64,000 nucleotides of DNA from Minisyncoccota bacterium (GTDB lineage Bacteria > Patescibacteriota > Minisyncoccia > Phycocordibacterales > UBA5272): positions 373,325-437,324 of the forward strand of contig JBAZJW010000001.1 in the NCBI GenBank assembly GCA_041651055.1. Direction: 5' to 3'. Both the position numbers and the translations under genes were made by a program. This document shows, in pieces, positions 17,453-26,390 of the stretch. Every line of letters starts with the position of its first letter. Position 1 is the stretch's first letter. Below the pieces are notes generated by a model, which was not told where the DNA came from, searched no databases, and saw only the letters and a list, made by a program, of their open reading frames with translations.

Positions 17453-18715
17453 ATGAACAATTTAATTGCGCGTTTCAAGAAAGCCATTGGCCCAGGAGTT
17501 ATTACCGGTATCGCAGACGATGATCCGTCCGGCATCGCTACCTACGCTCAGACAGGTGCTATGTTTGGATTTTCTCAACTCTGGCTCGCGCTTTTCTCGT
17601 ACCCTTTTATGGTCGCCATTCAAGAAATGTGTGGACGCATTGGTATGGTCACAGGTAAAGGTCTCGCCGGAGTTATCAAAAAATATTACAGCCGAAAGAT
17701 ACTCTTTGGAGCAGTTGCCGTGCTTGCCATTACAAACATCATCAATATCGGCGCTGACCTGGGTGCCATGGCCTCTGCCACACAACTCATCCTCCCTGTA
17801 ACTTTTGTTCAGGCGCTTTTTGTTCTTACCGCCATCACTATCTTCACTGAAGTATTCATTCCCTATCCGACATATGTTGGTATTCTCAAATATTTAGCAC
17901 TCACAGTGTTTGCGTATGTCATTGCAGCTTTTGCGGTTCATCAAGATTGGCCAAAAATATTTCATCTCACTATTATTCCTCACATTACATGGACAAAGGA
18001 ATATATTTTAAACGTGACAGCGATGCTCGGTACAACCATTTCACCATACCTTTTCTTTTGGCAGGCAGATGAAGAAGTGGAAGAAGAACTTATTAGCAAT
18101 AAGCTTCGCACTATGGGTAAAGGTACTCCCAAGATTCAATCTGAAGACTTGCAACAAATGCGTACAGATACTGCTACAGGCATGCTTATTTCTAATGTCG
18201 TCACCTTTTTCATTATCATCACTACTGCGAGCACTCTCGGTGCACATGGACTCACTACTGTCACCTCTGCGGCCCAAGTAGCTGAATCACTTCGTCCTTT
18301 TGCTGGAGACTTCGCATCGCTACTCTTCACCCTCGGTATTGTCGGCACAGGATTACTCGCGGTGCCCGTACTCGCAGGATCTGCAGCATATGCTATTTCG
18401 GAAATGTTCGGATGGAAAGAAGGGCTTGGCAAAAAGTTCTCTCAAGCAAAGGCGTTTTATGCGGTGATTATTATCTCTACACTCGTCGGACTCCTCGTAA
18501 ACATCTCGTCCATTTCACCAATGGTCATGCTCTACTACGCGGCAATATTAAACGGCCTTCTCGCCCCACCACTTATGATTCTCATTCTCTTGATTGGAAA
18601 TAATAAAAAGATTCTTGGTGATAAAGTAAACGGAAGACTAGGAAACATTCTTGGTATCATCATCACGACTGTTATGTCACTCCTTACACTCTACTTCCTC
18701 TACGGATTATTCTAG
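17453..18715 (+). CDS. NRAMP-family divalent metal cation transporter
   Basis: DDDPSGIATYAQTGAMFGFSQLW resembles the NRAMP DPGN...QAGA motif region; about 11 TM segments. Confidence 0.65.
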   Translation: MNNLIARFKKAIGPGVITGIADDDPSGIATYAQTGAMFGFSQLWLALFSYPFMVAIQEMCGRIGMVTGKGLAGVIKKYYSRKILFGAVAVLAITNIINIGADLGAMASATQLILPVTFVQALFVLTAITIFTEVFIPYPTYVGILKYLALTVFAYVIAAFAVHQDWPKIFHLTIIPHITWTKEYILNVTAMLGTTISPYLFFWQADEEVEEELISNKLRTMGKGTPKIQSEDLQQMRTDTATGMLISNVVTFFIIITTASTLGAHGLTTVTSAAQVAESLRPFAGDFASLLFTLGIVGTGLLAVPVLAGSAAYAISEMFGWKEGLGKKFSQAKAFYAVIIISTLVGLLVNISSISPMVMLYYAAILNGLLAPPLMILILLIGNNKKILGDKVNGRLGNILGIIITTVMSLLTLYFLYGLF

Positions 18716-18770
18716 GGTTTACCCTAAAGTATCGCTATGGTTTCTTTAGATTTTTCGTGTATATTTTTCT

Positions 18771-18798
18771 AAAAACTAAAAACTGGAAACTAAAAACT
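18771..18798 (+). promoter_or_regulatory. A-rich AAAACT box, copy 3
   Basis: Same 27-mer. It lies 39 nt upstream of TGATATACT (18838-18846), which is 6 nt before ATG 18853. Confidence 0.5.
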
Positions 18799-18852
18799 TT
18801 CATGGACGTTCTCCACTTTCACACCATATACCACATGTGATATACTTTTCAT

Positions 18853-20367
18853 ATGCCTCCAAATGACCAAGAAAAGATAGGACTTTTCATCAAGAAACTC
18901 CGTGAAGAAAAAGGAATGACCCAAGGTGAGCTTGCCAAAGCTCTCAAGACTTCCCAGCCCGCAGTGGCCCGTATTGAGTCTGGAAACCAAAATTTGACCA
19001 TAGAGCACATCGAAAAGATAAGCGAGGTACTTGGGCAACAAATCGTAACATTAAACGATACTATTGATTTTAAGGTTCATGGTGGCCGAAAATTATCCGG
19101 CTCTATCACCACCAACACCTCCAAAAATGGCGCAGTTAACATGATGGTCGCTGCCCTTGTAAACTCGGGCACTACCGTACTCCGCGACATTCCCCATATC
19201 GAAGAAGTGTACCGCTACAAAGAGCTTCTCGAGAGTTTGGGTGTGAAGATACGCTGGACACACGATGACACAGCACTTTCTATTACACCACCAAAGAAAC
19301 TTCTGTTTTCAAAAATGAACAAAGACGTCGCTACACGCATCCGGTCATTTACCTTTGCTGGTGCATTCATTCACTTCAGTGATCAGTTCACCCTCCCTCA
19401 TTCCGGTGGATGTAAAATGGGAGAACGCACCGTCGCGTCACATAAGTACGCGCTCGACTATCTCGGCGTTTCAATAGACACCAAAGAAAATCATTACGCT
19501 ATTTCCTACAAAAAATTACATACTGGAACTATTCCTTTATACGAATCATCAGATACAGGTGCCATCACTGCACTCCTCGCGGCATCTCGTATCGAAGGTA
19601 CGACGACAATTATGTTTGCTCCGCCGAACTACCAAGTGCAAGATGTGTGTTTCTTACTTGAACATTTTGGTGTAAAGATCGAAGGTATCGGAAGTACAAC
19701 GCTTATCGTACATGGCAAGAAAGACATTAATGTCGATGTCGAACATTACAATAGTGAAGACCCTATCGAAAGTATGTTTTTCTTGGCTGCCGGAATTGTT
19801 ACAGGATCGAAACTCACCATCACACGTTGTCCGATTGAATTCCTTACTCTTGAAATAGAAAAATTAAAGCGCATGGGATTGAAATATTCTCTTTCAAAGA
19901 AGTACCTCGCGAAGAATGAAAGAACATCTCTCGTTGATATTACTATTTCACCTTCGAAGTTAACCGCACCGACAGACAAAATCCACGCGCAACCTTTCCC
20001 TGGAATCAACAATGATAATCTCCCCTTCTTCGTACCAATTGCATGTTTTGCAGAAGGTCAAACTCTCATCCATGATTGGACATGGGAAAATCGCGCCATC
20101 TATTTTACAGAATTGAATCGCCTCGGCGCTGATATCAAATTACTCGACCCACACCGAGCCCTTGTGACGAGTGTGAAGAAATTACGCGGTGCACAAATCG
20201 TCTCCCCTCCTGCGCTTCGTCCGACCGCTATTATTTTGATCGCTATGCTTGCCGCTGAAGGCACATCATTACTTCGCAATGTGTACTCCATCAAGCGCGG
20301 CTACGCAGACATTGCTGAACGATTAAATTCTATCGGCGCGAAGATTGAAGTGTTAAGAGGAGTGTAA
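18853..20367 (+). CDS. murA: UDP-N-acetylglucosamine 1-carboxyvinyltransferase with an N-terminal XRE-type HTH domain (fusion)
   Basis: Residues 1-60: LRKLREEKGMTQGELAKALKTSQPAVARIESGNQNLTIEHIEKISEVLG (HTH_XRE). From residue 75: KVHGGRKLSGSITTNTSKNGAVNMMVAALV...HSGGCKMGERTV (MurA/EPSP-synthase fold with the active-site Cys). Confidence 0.75.
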   Translation: MPPNDQEKIGLFIKKLREEKGMTQGELAKALKTSQPAVARIESGNQNLTIEHIEKISEVLGQQIVTLNDTIDFKVHGGRKLSGSITTNTSKNGAVNMMVAALVNSGTTVLRDIPHIEEVYRYKELLESLGVKIRWTHDDTALSITPPKKLLFSKMNKDVATRIRSFTFAGAFIHFSDQFTLPHSGGCKMGERTVASHKYALDYLGVSIDTKENHYAISYKKLHTGTIPLYESSDTGAITALLAASRIEGTTTIMFAPPNYQVQDVCFLLEHFGVKIEGIGSTTLIVHGKKDINVDVEHYNSEDPIESMFFLAAGIVTGSKLTITRCPIEFLTLEIEKLKRMGLKYSLSKKYLAKNERTSLVDITISPSKLTAPTDKIHAQPFPGINNDNLPFFVPIACFAEGQTLIHDWTWENRAIYFTELNRLGADIKLLDPHRALVTSVKKLRGAQIVSPPALRPTAIILIAMLAAEGTSLLRNVYSIKRGYADIAERLNSIGAKIEVLRGV

Positions 20368-20446
20368 GAGATAGCTTAGAGTCAACAGTTTATAGTTGAT
20401 AGAAAATACAATTACAAGGTGAGGTCTTGTATTAAAAAAGACAGAA

Positions 20447-20512
20447 CTGTCATAGACGGGATTAGAACTCAGGTGGGTGGAAAATAATTTACCTCACCTC
20501 TATTTACATAGT
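20447..20512. repeat. 65-bp dispersed repeat, copy A
   Basis: CTGTCATAGACGGGATTAGAACTCAGGTGGGTGGAAAATAATTTACCTCACCTCTATTTACAT is about 80% identical to 25391-25455. Confidence 0.8.
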
Positions 20513-20516
20513 AGCT

Positions 20517-21056
20517 TTATATTAATTTTAATAATAAAGGAAATTCTTTATAGGGTTGGTTATATGTAGTAGACCCCATATGTCCTTCACCTTTGAGTAC
20601 TATCAGTTCGCCTCCAAGTTTTTCTTTCATAATCTTTCCTTGTACATCATCACAACCCCAAGGGTCATTGTCTGAATTTATGAAAATAAATTCTTCGGAA
20701 CGTTGTTTAATCTTCCCCCAATCAAGTTCTGGTTTATTTTCTGAAGTTGTACTTTCTCTTAGAGACTCTGCATACCCAGAAACCAAAATAGCTTTTTTAA
20801 TTTTAATCTCAAGATTTTCAAGGATGCTTAAAATTAATTGTGAACCAGCTGAGTGCCCGATAATAATAGTTTCTTCATTAAATTTTTCTTGCCCCAAGAC
20901 GAAAGGAATCCATTCTTGTAAATTGGGAATATCTTCATTTGGAAGCTGGGGGAGCCAAACTTCGTAACCTTTTTCTTCTAACTTTTCTTTTATGTAAGGA
21001 AACCAAAAATCTGTATTTTTTGTTCCTGTCCCATGAAGTATGGTAGCGTTTTTCAT
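20517..21056 (-). CDS. alpha/beta serine hydrolase of the RBBP9/YdeN-like family
   Basis: GHSAG nucleophile elbow; ~180 aa in the size and pattern of PF06821. Confidence 0.55.
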   Translation of the reverse strand: MKNATILHGTGTKNTDFWFPYIKEKLEEKGYEVWLPQLPNEDIPNLQEWIPFVLGQEKFNEETIIIGHSAGSQLILSILENLEIKIKKAILVSGYAESLRESTTSENKPELDWGKIKQRSEEFIFINSDNDPWGCDDVQGKIMKEKLGGELIVLKGEGHMGSTTYNQPYKEFPLLLKLI

Positions 21057-21100
21057 TGTCTTATAGTATATCAGTTCCAGTCTTCCTTGTACTTCTCTTT

Positions 21101-21544
21101 CTATTCCAGAGTTTGGCGCGCTGAGGCCAACAAAATCATAGGTTTTGCGATTGGAGAAATTTCTACATCGTCCAATGCATCGAGACTAACAAATTCTGCT
21201 CCGAGAGAATCCTCTCCATCGGGAATAACTTTAATATCATCCGAAGAAAGGGATACTATAAAATACGTACCGAAATGACGAAAAGGTTTACCCATATAAT
21301 TCTCTGTTGTGTATTCATTCTCAGATAAAAATGTCTGTGTAGAAATTTCACACCCAACTTCCTCAATGAATTCTCTTGTAAGCCCTTCTTCCATTGTTTC
21401 CCCTGCTTCCATTCTTCCACCTGGTAAATCGTACATTCCTTTGTATGGTCCACGAGATTTCTTTATCAACAATACTGCATTATCTTTGATGTAAATTCCG
21501 TACACTCCTTTATGCGAATACTCGGGGGTAGTTTCTTGGTTCAT
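21101..21544 (-). CDS. NUDIX hydrolase
   Basis: Canonical Nudix box GGRMEAGETMEEGLTREFIEEVG. Confidence 0.75.
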   Translation of the reverse strand: MNQETTPEYSHKGVYGIYIKDNAVLLIKKSRGPYKGMYDLPGGRMEAGETMEEGLTREFIEEVGCEISTQTFLSENEYTTENYMGKPFRHFGTYFIVSLSSDDIKVIPDGEDSLGAEFVSLDALDDVEISPIAKPMILLASARQTLE

Positions 21545-21565
21545 AGGAACAGTATAGAAGAAATA

Positions 21566-21594
21566 CTTTTTAGTTTCCAGTTTTTAGTTTTCAG
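21566..21594 (-). promoter_or_regulatory. A-rich AAAACT box, copy 4 (minus orientation)
   Basis: Reverse complement of the 27-mer. On the minus strand it is followed after 10 nt by TATACT, then 5 nt, then the NUDIX ATG. A partial extra copy lies at 21631-21647. Confidence 0.5.
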
Positions 21595-21636
21595 AAGATA
21601 CAAATACAAGGCGAGGCCTTGTATTAAAAATAGTTT

Positions 21637-22374
21637 TTAGTTTTTAGAATCAAGCAGAATGGTAGACGAAGGATTGAATCCTTTAACGACGAGCCAGATA
21701 CCGAGTGAAAATTCAAAGAGTGCTACGAGTAATGCAAATAATCCTGTGATTGGTGCATGTTGTCCGACGACGCCGAATAATATCGCAAGATACCCCACGA
21801 TAAGCACAGGTCCTCCGATGATTCCAATCAAAGAAAGGCCGCGAGGCACGAGGCGTGATTGATACAAAAGGACACCCAACAAAATGTCATTTATTGCTGG
21901 TAAGAAACTTTGACCAAGAAGGAAGATGCGATCATATAATATGGCGAGTGTGTGACCAGTAACGAGAGCCGCTGCTCCCGCACCCTCTTGTCGCAAAGCA
22001 ACAATCGACAAAAGAAAAGCTACACCGACAAACATAGTGCTTGCTTCTAGAATTCTGGATGCAACGAGACCTAATGCGAGTGTTTCATTCTGCTTTTTGA
22101 GCAATGGGAATAATACAATAGCCGTACCGATACCAGCGAGAGCCACGATGATTTCCGAAATACCTCCGATGATCATTGCTGTATCGGGGCCAACGCCGAG
22201 AATATAGCCAGCACTTTTTACTTGTCCATAGAGTGCAAGTGTTGGTATCGAAACAAAAGTGAGTAGATATAGCAAGCCTGCCGTTAATGATATTTTTCTT
22301 GAGGGTGATAAAACTTTCTTATATACCCCTTCCGTTCCAACAGTCTTCTCATTTCCAATTATTTTTTGTTCCAT
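21637..22374 (-). CDS. multi-pass membrane protein, possibly DUF4386-like
   Basis: 245 aa with about 7 hydrophobic helices. Family assignment is tentative. Confidence 0.4.
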   Translation of the reverse strand: MEQKIIGNEKTVGTEGVYKKVLSPSRKISLTAGLLYLLTFVSIPTLALYGQVKSAGYILGVGPDTAMIIGGISEIIVALAGIGTAIVLFPLLKKQNETLALGLVASRILEASTMFVGVAFLLSIVALRQEGAGAAALVTGHTLAILYDRIFLLGQSFLPAINDILLGVLLYQSRLVPRGLSLIGIIGGPVLIVGYLAILFGVVGQHAPITGLFALLVALFEFSLGIWLVVKGFNPSSTILLDSKN

Positions 22375-22436
22375 ATATCAATGGTAACACAGTTCAAATG
22401 AATATGCTGATATGGGATATTTGATATAATCATTGT

Positions 22437-22688
22437 ATGATAAAGAAAAACATCAGTAACGGTGTGGCACATAAAGTGCCGACGGACCTACGAAGCATCA
22501 TCACTTCTATCTCAGATGTACATGAAGTGTGGGAAGATATCACTCCTCTCGCGCGCAATGAATGGATATGTTGGATTGAGTCTGCTAAAAAAGTAGAGAC
22601 CAGAGCTCGCAGAATAAAGACACTCGGTGAGAACCTGAGGGCCGGAAAACGGAGACCTTGTTGCTGGGCGGGGTGCATGCATCGGTAA
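22437..22688 (+). CDS. YdeI/OmpD-associated family protein
   Basis: PLARNEWICWIESAKKVETRARRI...GKRRPCCWAGCMHR matches the OmdA-domain C-terminal motif. Confidence 0.55.
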   Translation: MIKKNISNGVAHKVPTDLRSIITSISDVHEVWEDITPLARNEWICWIESAKKVETRARRIKTLGENLRAGKRRPCCWAGCMHR

Positions 22689-22910
22689 TTTGATCCATTG
22701 CGTACAATACACAGCAGGAGGAGTCGGTCACCACTAGGGTATTTTTGTTTTGCACTTCGTGTTCACAAAAATACTCCTAGTCCTGACCACGGGAAAAACC
22801 GACAAAATTATTTAATAGAGGAGTCGGTCACAAAATCAGCTCCTTTGTCGCAGATGATTTTCCGACCCGTATTCGACTCCTCTCGAAAGCCAAGCAGTTG
22901 GCTTTCTTAT

Positions 22911-22970
22911 CGCCCACTCATATACAAAAAGAAACATCGTATGATGTTTCTTTTTGTATATGAGTGGGCG
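22911..22970. terminator. 60-bp perfect palindrome; terminator hairpin immediately 3' of tRNA-Val
   Basis: CGCCCACTCATATACAAAAAGAAACATC-GTAT-GATGTTTCTTTTTGTATATGAGTGGGCG. One arm includes the tRNA acceptor 3' strand, and T-runs flank both sides. Confidence 0.6.
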
Positions 22971-23037
22971 ATAGAGGAGTCGAACCTCTGACATCCACAA
23001 CGTCAATGTGGCGCTCTACCAACTGAGCTAACCGCCC
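22965..23037 (-). tRNA. tRNA-Val (anticodon GAC)
   Basis: Reverse complement GGGCGGTTAGCTCAGTTGGTAGAGCGCCACATTGACGTTGTGGATGTCAGAGGTTCGACTCCTCTATCGCCCA folds as a cloverleaf with anticodon loop TTGACGT. Confidence 0.85.
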
Positions 23038-23118
23038 TTATTAATATCTCTACTACCTGCAGGTCTTGTACACGTTTTGATATATCTACCAACTGTATCG
23101 AAAGTTTACTAACTTTCG

Positions 23119-23202
23119 GCATCTTCGCGCAATTACACGTCTCGTGTCCTTCGTCTGGTGACTACGGACATCTTCGGTGCTCTTCGCACCTCGAGCTAAC
23201 CG
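23119..23202. repeat. 84-bp exact repeat, copy 1 (partner at 53875-53958)
   Basis: CATCTTCGCGCAATTACACGTCTCGTGTCCTTCGTCTGGTGACTACGGACATCTTCGGTGCTCTTCGCACCTCGAGCTAACCGC is identical at both loci. It ends in a tRNA 5'-end fragment (GCGGTTAGCTCGAG on the minus strand). Confidence 0.95.
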
Positions 23203-23341
23203 CCCCTCCATCATCTCTAACTGTCCTAATACACTAAACTATACCATACAAAAGGAGAGGTCCAAAAGTTGAAAGAAACGACTTTTTGTGGTAGTATATT
23301 TTTTACTTGGCCACCATCTTTTCTGATATGGACAAGAAGAC

Positions 23342-23413
23342 GGCCCCATCGTCTATCGGTTAGGACACCGGCTTTTCATGCCGGTAAGCGGAGTTCGACT
23401 CTCCGTGGGGTCA
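23342..23413 (+). tRNA. tRNA-Glu (anticodon TTC)
   Basis: GGCCCCATCGTCTATCGGTTAGGACACCGGCTTTTCATGCCGGTAAGCGGAGTTCGACTCTCCGTGGGGTCA; anticodon loop TTTTCAT; T-loop TTCGACT. Confidence 0.85.
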
Positions 23414-23695
23414 TGGTACAAAAATGAGCTAAGCAGAAATGCTTGGCCATTTTTGTTCATGACCCCAAGAAAGACAACTGCTTGTCTTTCGACGGAGAGT
23501 CGAAAGGGCACAGTTCAAGGAGCGAAGAGCACCGAAGATGTCCGTAGCCAGCAGGCGTAGGGCAAAAATAGATAGAGCAAGCGAAACCACGAGCGGCGGC
23601 CGGCGAACTTTTTGAGCGGCGGCGAGAAAAGATTTGTCGGAGACTCTCCGTGGGGTCACAATAAGCAAAGTTCATGGTAAAATAAGGTTATATAC

Positions 23696-24388
23696 ATGAT
23701 TAGTTTTTTAGTCACACATCCGTATTTTACGTCCACTTTAATTCTTATTCCTTTTTGGGTAACACTATTCATCACAAGAAAAGAATCCCGTGCAGAAATG
23801 CTTACAATGGGAAAATATTTAGGTCTTTGCGGGTTTATACTTTCTAGCACTTCTTTGAGAGACTACTGGCACCCAGCATTTATCTTTGGGCCATTTCATA
23901 TGGAAGAAATTCTATACGGTTTTTTGTTTGGTGGTGTTTGTGTTGAAGTAGCAAAGATTTTTTTTAAAGAAAAATATAGACACCACCCCAGACGTTTATC
24001 TTTTTTATTTTTTACTATTATTATTTCTTACGTTATGCTGAAAGTTGGTATAACCTACTTGCAGATAAACTCTATCTATATATATTGTATAGTTTTAGTT
24101 TTTATGGGACTTGCCTGCTACACGCTCGACAGAAAAATCTTACCTCTGCAGTTAACATCAGGACTGCTGGCATTGATTCTAACTTTCACAGTTTTTAAGA
24201 TAGCTCTTTTAGTAAGTCCTAATTTTATACATGACACATGGAAACTAGAAAATATTTCTGGAGTACTCTTTTCTGGGATCCCTTTAGAAGAATACATCTT
24301 TGCTTTTCTACTGGGCTTTGGGGGTTCTAGTTACTATGAAACTTATGAGGGGATTGATGTTACTTCTACAAAACTAAGATTCACTTAA
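23696..24388 (+). CDS. lycopene-cyclase-domain-like membrane protein
   Basis: Two repeats carry the PxEE motif (GPFHMEEILYGFLFG and GIPLEEYIFAFLLGF) on a ~7-TM scaffold. Tentative. Confidence 0.35.
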   Translation: MISFLVTHPYFTSTLILIPFWVTLFITRKESRAEMLTMGKYLGLCGFILSSTSLRDYWHPAFIFGPFHMEEILYGFLFGGVCVEVAKIFFKEKYRHHPRRLSFLFFTIIISYVMLKVGITYLQINSIYIYCIVLVFMGLACYTLDRKILPLQLTSGLLALILTFTVFKIALLVSPNFIHDTWKLENISGVLFSGIPLEEYIFAFLLGFGGSSYYETYEGIDVTSTKLRFT

Positions 24389-24485
24389 GTTTATACAGAA
24401 TGCCGTAAAGCCTCTTAAATCTCCAACAATAGCTTTCCAATTTTGGATACATACACATCCCCCTTTGTGCTACCATATCCATATC

Positions 24486-25367
24486 ATGAAAAAAGGTTGG
24501 ATTATCTATAATGGAAACTTGGCGAATCGGCCAGTATTCACTTCTCATGTGAAGTGGTTTATCGATACCGCCAAAGAGCACAATATTCTTCTCGAAGCAA
24601 AGAAGAACACGGATATTTTGTACACGTTATCTAATGACGTAACGACAAATAGTTTCAAAGAATACAAACCGGACTTCGTCATCTTTTTCGATAAAGATGT
24701 CAGACTCGCACAGTCTCTGGAAAATCTAGGAGTAAAAGTCTTCAACACAAGTCGTGCTATAGAAATATGCGACGATAAAACACTCATGCATATTGTCTTA
24801 GCAAAAAATAACATACGAACACCTCGCACCATACTCTGCCCAAAAGCTTTTCGCACATTCACCGAATCAGAGCTTGGATTTTTGAAGGATGTCGCATCAC
24901 AACTCTCCCTCCCTCTCGTGATCAAAGAAGCTTTTGGCTCTGCAGGCAATGAAGTGTATTTGATACACACCAAAGAAGAACTTATACGAAAAACAATAGA
25001 CCTCTCCCCTTCGCCCATATTATTCCAAGAGTACATACAGGAAAGTAAGGGCAAAGACATCAGAGTGTATATCGTAGGAGGAGAATTCGTCGGTGCGGTT
25101 ATGAGAAGCAATACGAATGACTGGAGGGCGAACGCTCCGAGTGGGTGTACCATGACCTCATATACACCAAGTGAAGAAGAAATACTCCTCGCACAAAAAG
25201 CGTGCAAAGCTATCGGGTTGGACTTCGCCGGCGTTGATATTCTTTTCGGGAAAGACGGACCTATTGTGTGTGAAGTAAACAGTAATGCTCACATGCAACG
25301 ATTTTATGAATTCACCGGCATCGATGTGGTCAGAAAAATTGTTGAATATGTGCTTCTTAAAGTCTAG
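24486..25367 (+). CDS. RimK-family ATP-grasp ligase
   Basis: DIRVYIVGGEFVGAVMRSNTNDWRANAPSGCTMTSY...GVDILFGKDGPIVCEVN resembles RimK (DIRVLVVGGEVVAAMKR...DFRSN...G). The ORF track starts at TTG 24465. Confidence 0.65.
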   Translation: MKKGWIIYNGNLANRPVFTSHVKWFIDTAKEHNILLEAKKNTDILYTLSNDVTTNSFKEYKPDFVIFFDKDVRLAQSLENLGVKVFNTSRAIEICDDKTLMHIVLAKNNIRTPRTILCPKAFRTFTESELGFLKDVASQLSLPLVIKEAFGSAGNEVYLIHTKEELIRKTIDLSPSPILFQEYIQESKGKDIRVYIVGGEFVGAVMRSNTNDWRANAPSGCTMTSYTPSEEEILLAQKACKAIGLDFAGVDILFGKDGPIVCEVNSNAHMQRFYEFTGIDVVRKIVEYVLLKV

Positions 25368-25390
25368 AAAACTTACGAAAGATGTGTGTA

Positions 25391-25455
25391 CTGTCGTAGA
25401 CGGGATCAGAACTCAGATGATGAGGAAATAATTTACCCTACTCTTGTTTACATTG
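25391..25455. repeat. 65-bp dispersed repeat, copy B
   Basis: CTGTCGTAGACGGGATCAGAACTCAGATGATGAGGAAATAATTTACCCTACTCTTGTTTACAT. Confidence 0.8.
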
Positions 25456-26011
25456 TATCTTTAATAAATACTTTCATCATCAATATAAATAAAATATGGA
25501 GTATTACTGGCACGACTAAGCTTGTGGTGATATAAAAACTTAGTCCTAAAAAAATACCAGCCAAAAAAGTCATAGCGACTAATTTCCAATTCCAATTTCT
25601 TAGACTGAGACCTTTAGCTCCATTCAGGATGTGGGCAACTCCAAAAATTAGTGAAGATATGACTATGATGGAAATAGTGCTTTGAAAAAACAAGGACAAG
25701 TGTGTCTGGATAATACCCCTAAAAAGAATTTCCTCTGGAACTGCAATCAGTAAACTTGCATACAAAATAATTATAGGTAACCTAGATAAGTTTCTTTTAT
25801 TAAAACCAACTGTTCCAAACTTCAAAAGATAGTTGGCAACAAAGAATACAATTAGTGACACAGCCAACAAAAGAAACAGTACGATTAAGTCCTTAGCATT
25901 AAAAGCAAAGAGTGTTCGTGGTAATTCAGTAAAAAAGAAAAAATATATACAGAAAAGTAAATAGAAAGAAACTATGATTGCATGGTATTTGGACTTAAGT
26001 AGAGCCTTCAT
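25448..26011 (-). CDS. CPBP-family intramembrane glutamic endopeptidase (CAAX protease / Abi)
   Basis: VPEEILFRG...FGVAHILNG, motifs 1 and 3 of the CPBP family; several TM helices. Confidence 0.65.
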   Translation of the reverse strand: MKALLKSKYHAIIVSFYLLFCIYFFFFTELPRTLFAFNAKDLIVLFLLLAVSLIVFFVANYLLKFGTVGFNKRNLSRLPIIILYASLLIAVPEEILFRGIIQTHLSLFFQSTISIIVISSLIFGVAHILNGAKGLSLRNWNWKLVAMTFLAGIFLGLSFYITTSLVVPVILHILFILMMKVFIKDTM

Positions 26012-26135
26012 TTTGAAATAAAGTATACCAGTTCCAATCCTCTTTGTTTTTCTAAACGGTATACGAGAGTAGGCCGTATTCCTTTATAGACTTTCAACTT
26101 TATGAACTTTTCACTCCTCTTGGTATACTCTCTCT

Positions 26136-26390
26136 ATGATTGAACCAGAATTACAAGCACACCTAGAAAGCATCGAAAAAGAAATTATCGCCTTTCGAAA
26201 TGAATCCAACGGACTCGCTAGCACATTTACGCGTGGCGTTGTTCATGGTGCAGGATACGTCATCGGCGTTGTCCTCATCATTATCGTCATCGGATGGATT
26301 TTGAATATTGTCGGCGTTATTCCTGCCCTTAATACACAAGTATCAGAATTCCGTGCAGCACTCGATCGTATTGGTGGCCCAGTGAAATAG
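26136..26390 (+). CDS. small single-TM protein flanked by direct repeats
   Basis: 84 aa; hydrophobic core GAGYVIGVVLIIIVIGWILNIVGVIPAL. GACTTTATRGACTTT-type direct repeats lie at 26083-26125 and 26418-26456. Confidence 0.35.
   Translation: MIEPELQAHLESIEKEIIAFRNESNGLASTFTRGVVHGAGYVIGVVLIIIVIGWILNIVGVIPALNTQVSEFRAALDRIGGPVK

Noticed and set aside
17466-18603. Multiple short ORFs on both strands within the NRAMP transporter gene
   Set aside because: They are nested within a long, well-supported membrane transporter frame.
22700-23700. Integrated prophage or integrative element at the tRNA-Val/tRNA-Glu locus
   Set aside because: Duplicated tRNA 3' ends are present, but the intervening segments are only about 60-230 bp and no integrase or other mobile-element genes are found. 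They are reported as att-like scars or small repeats only.
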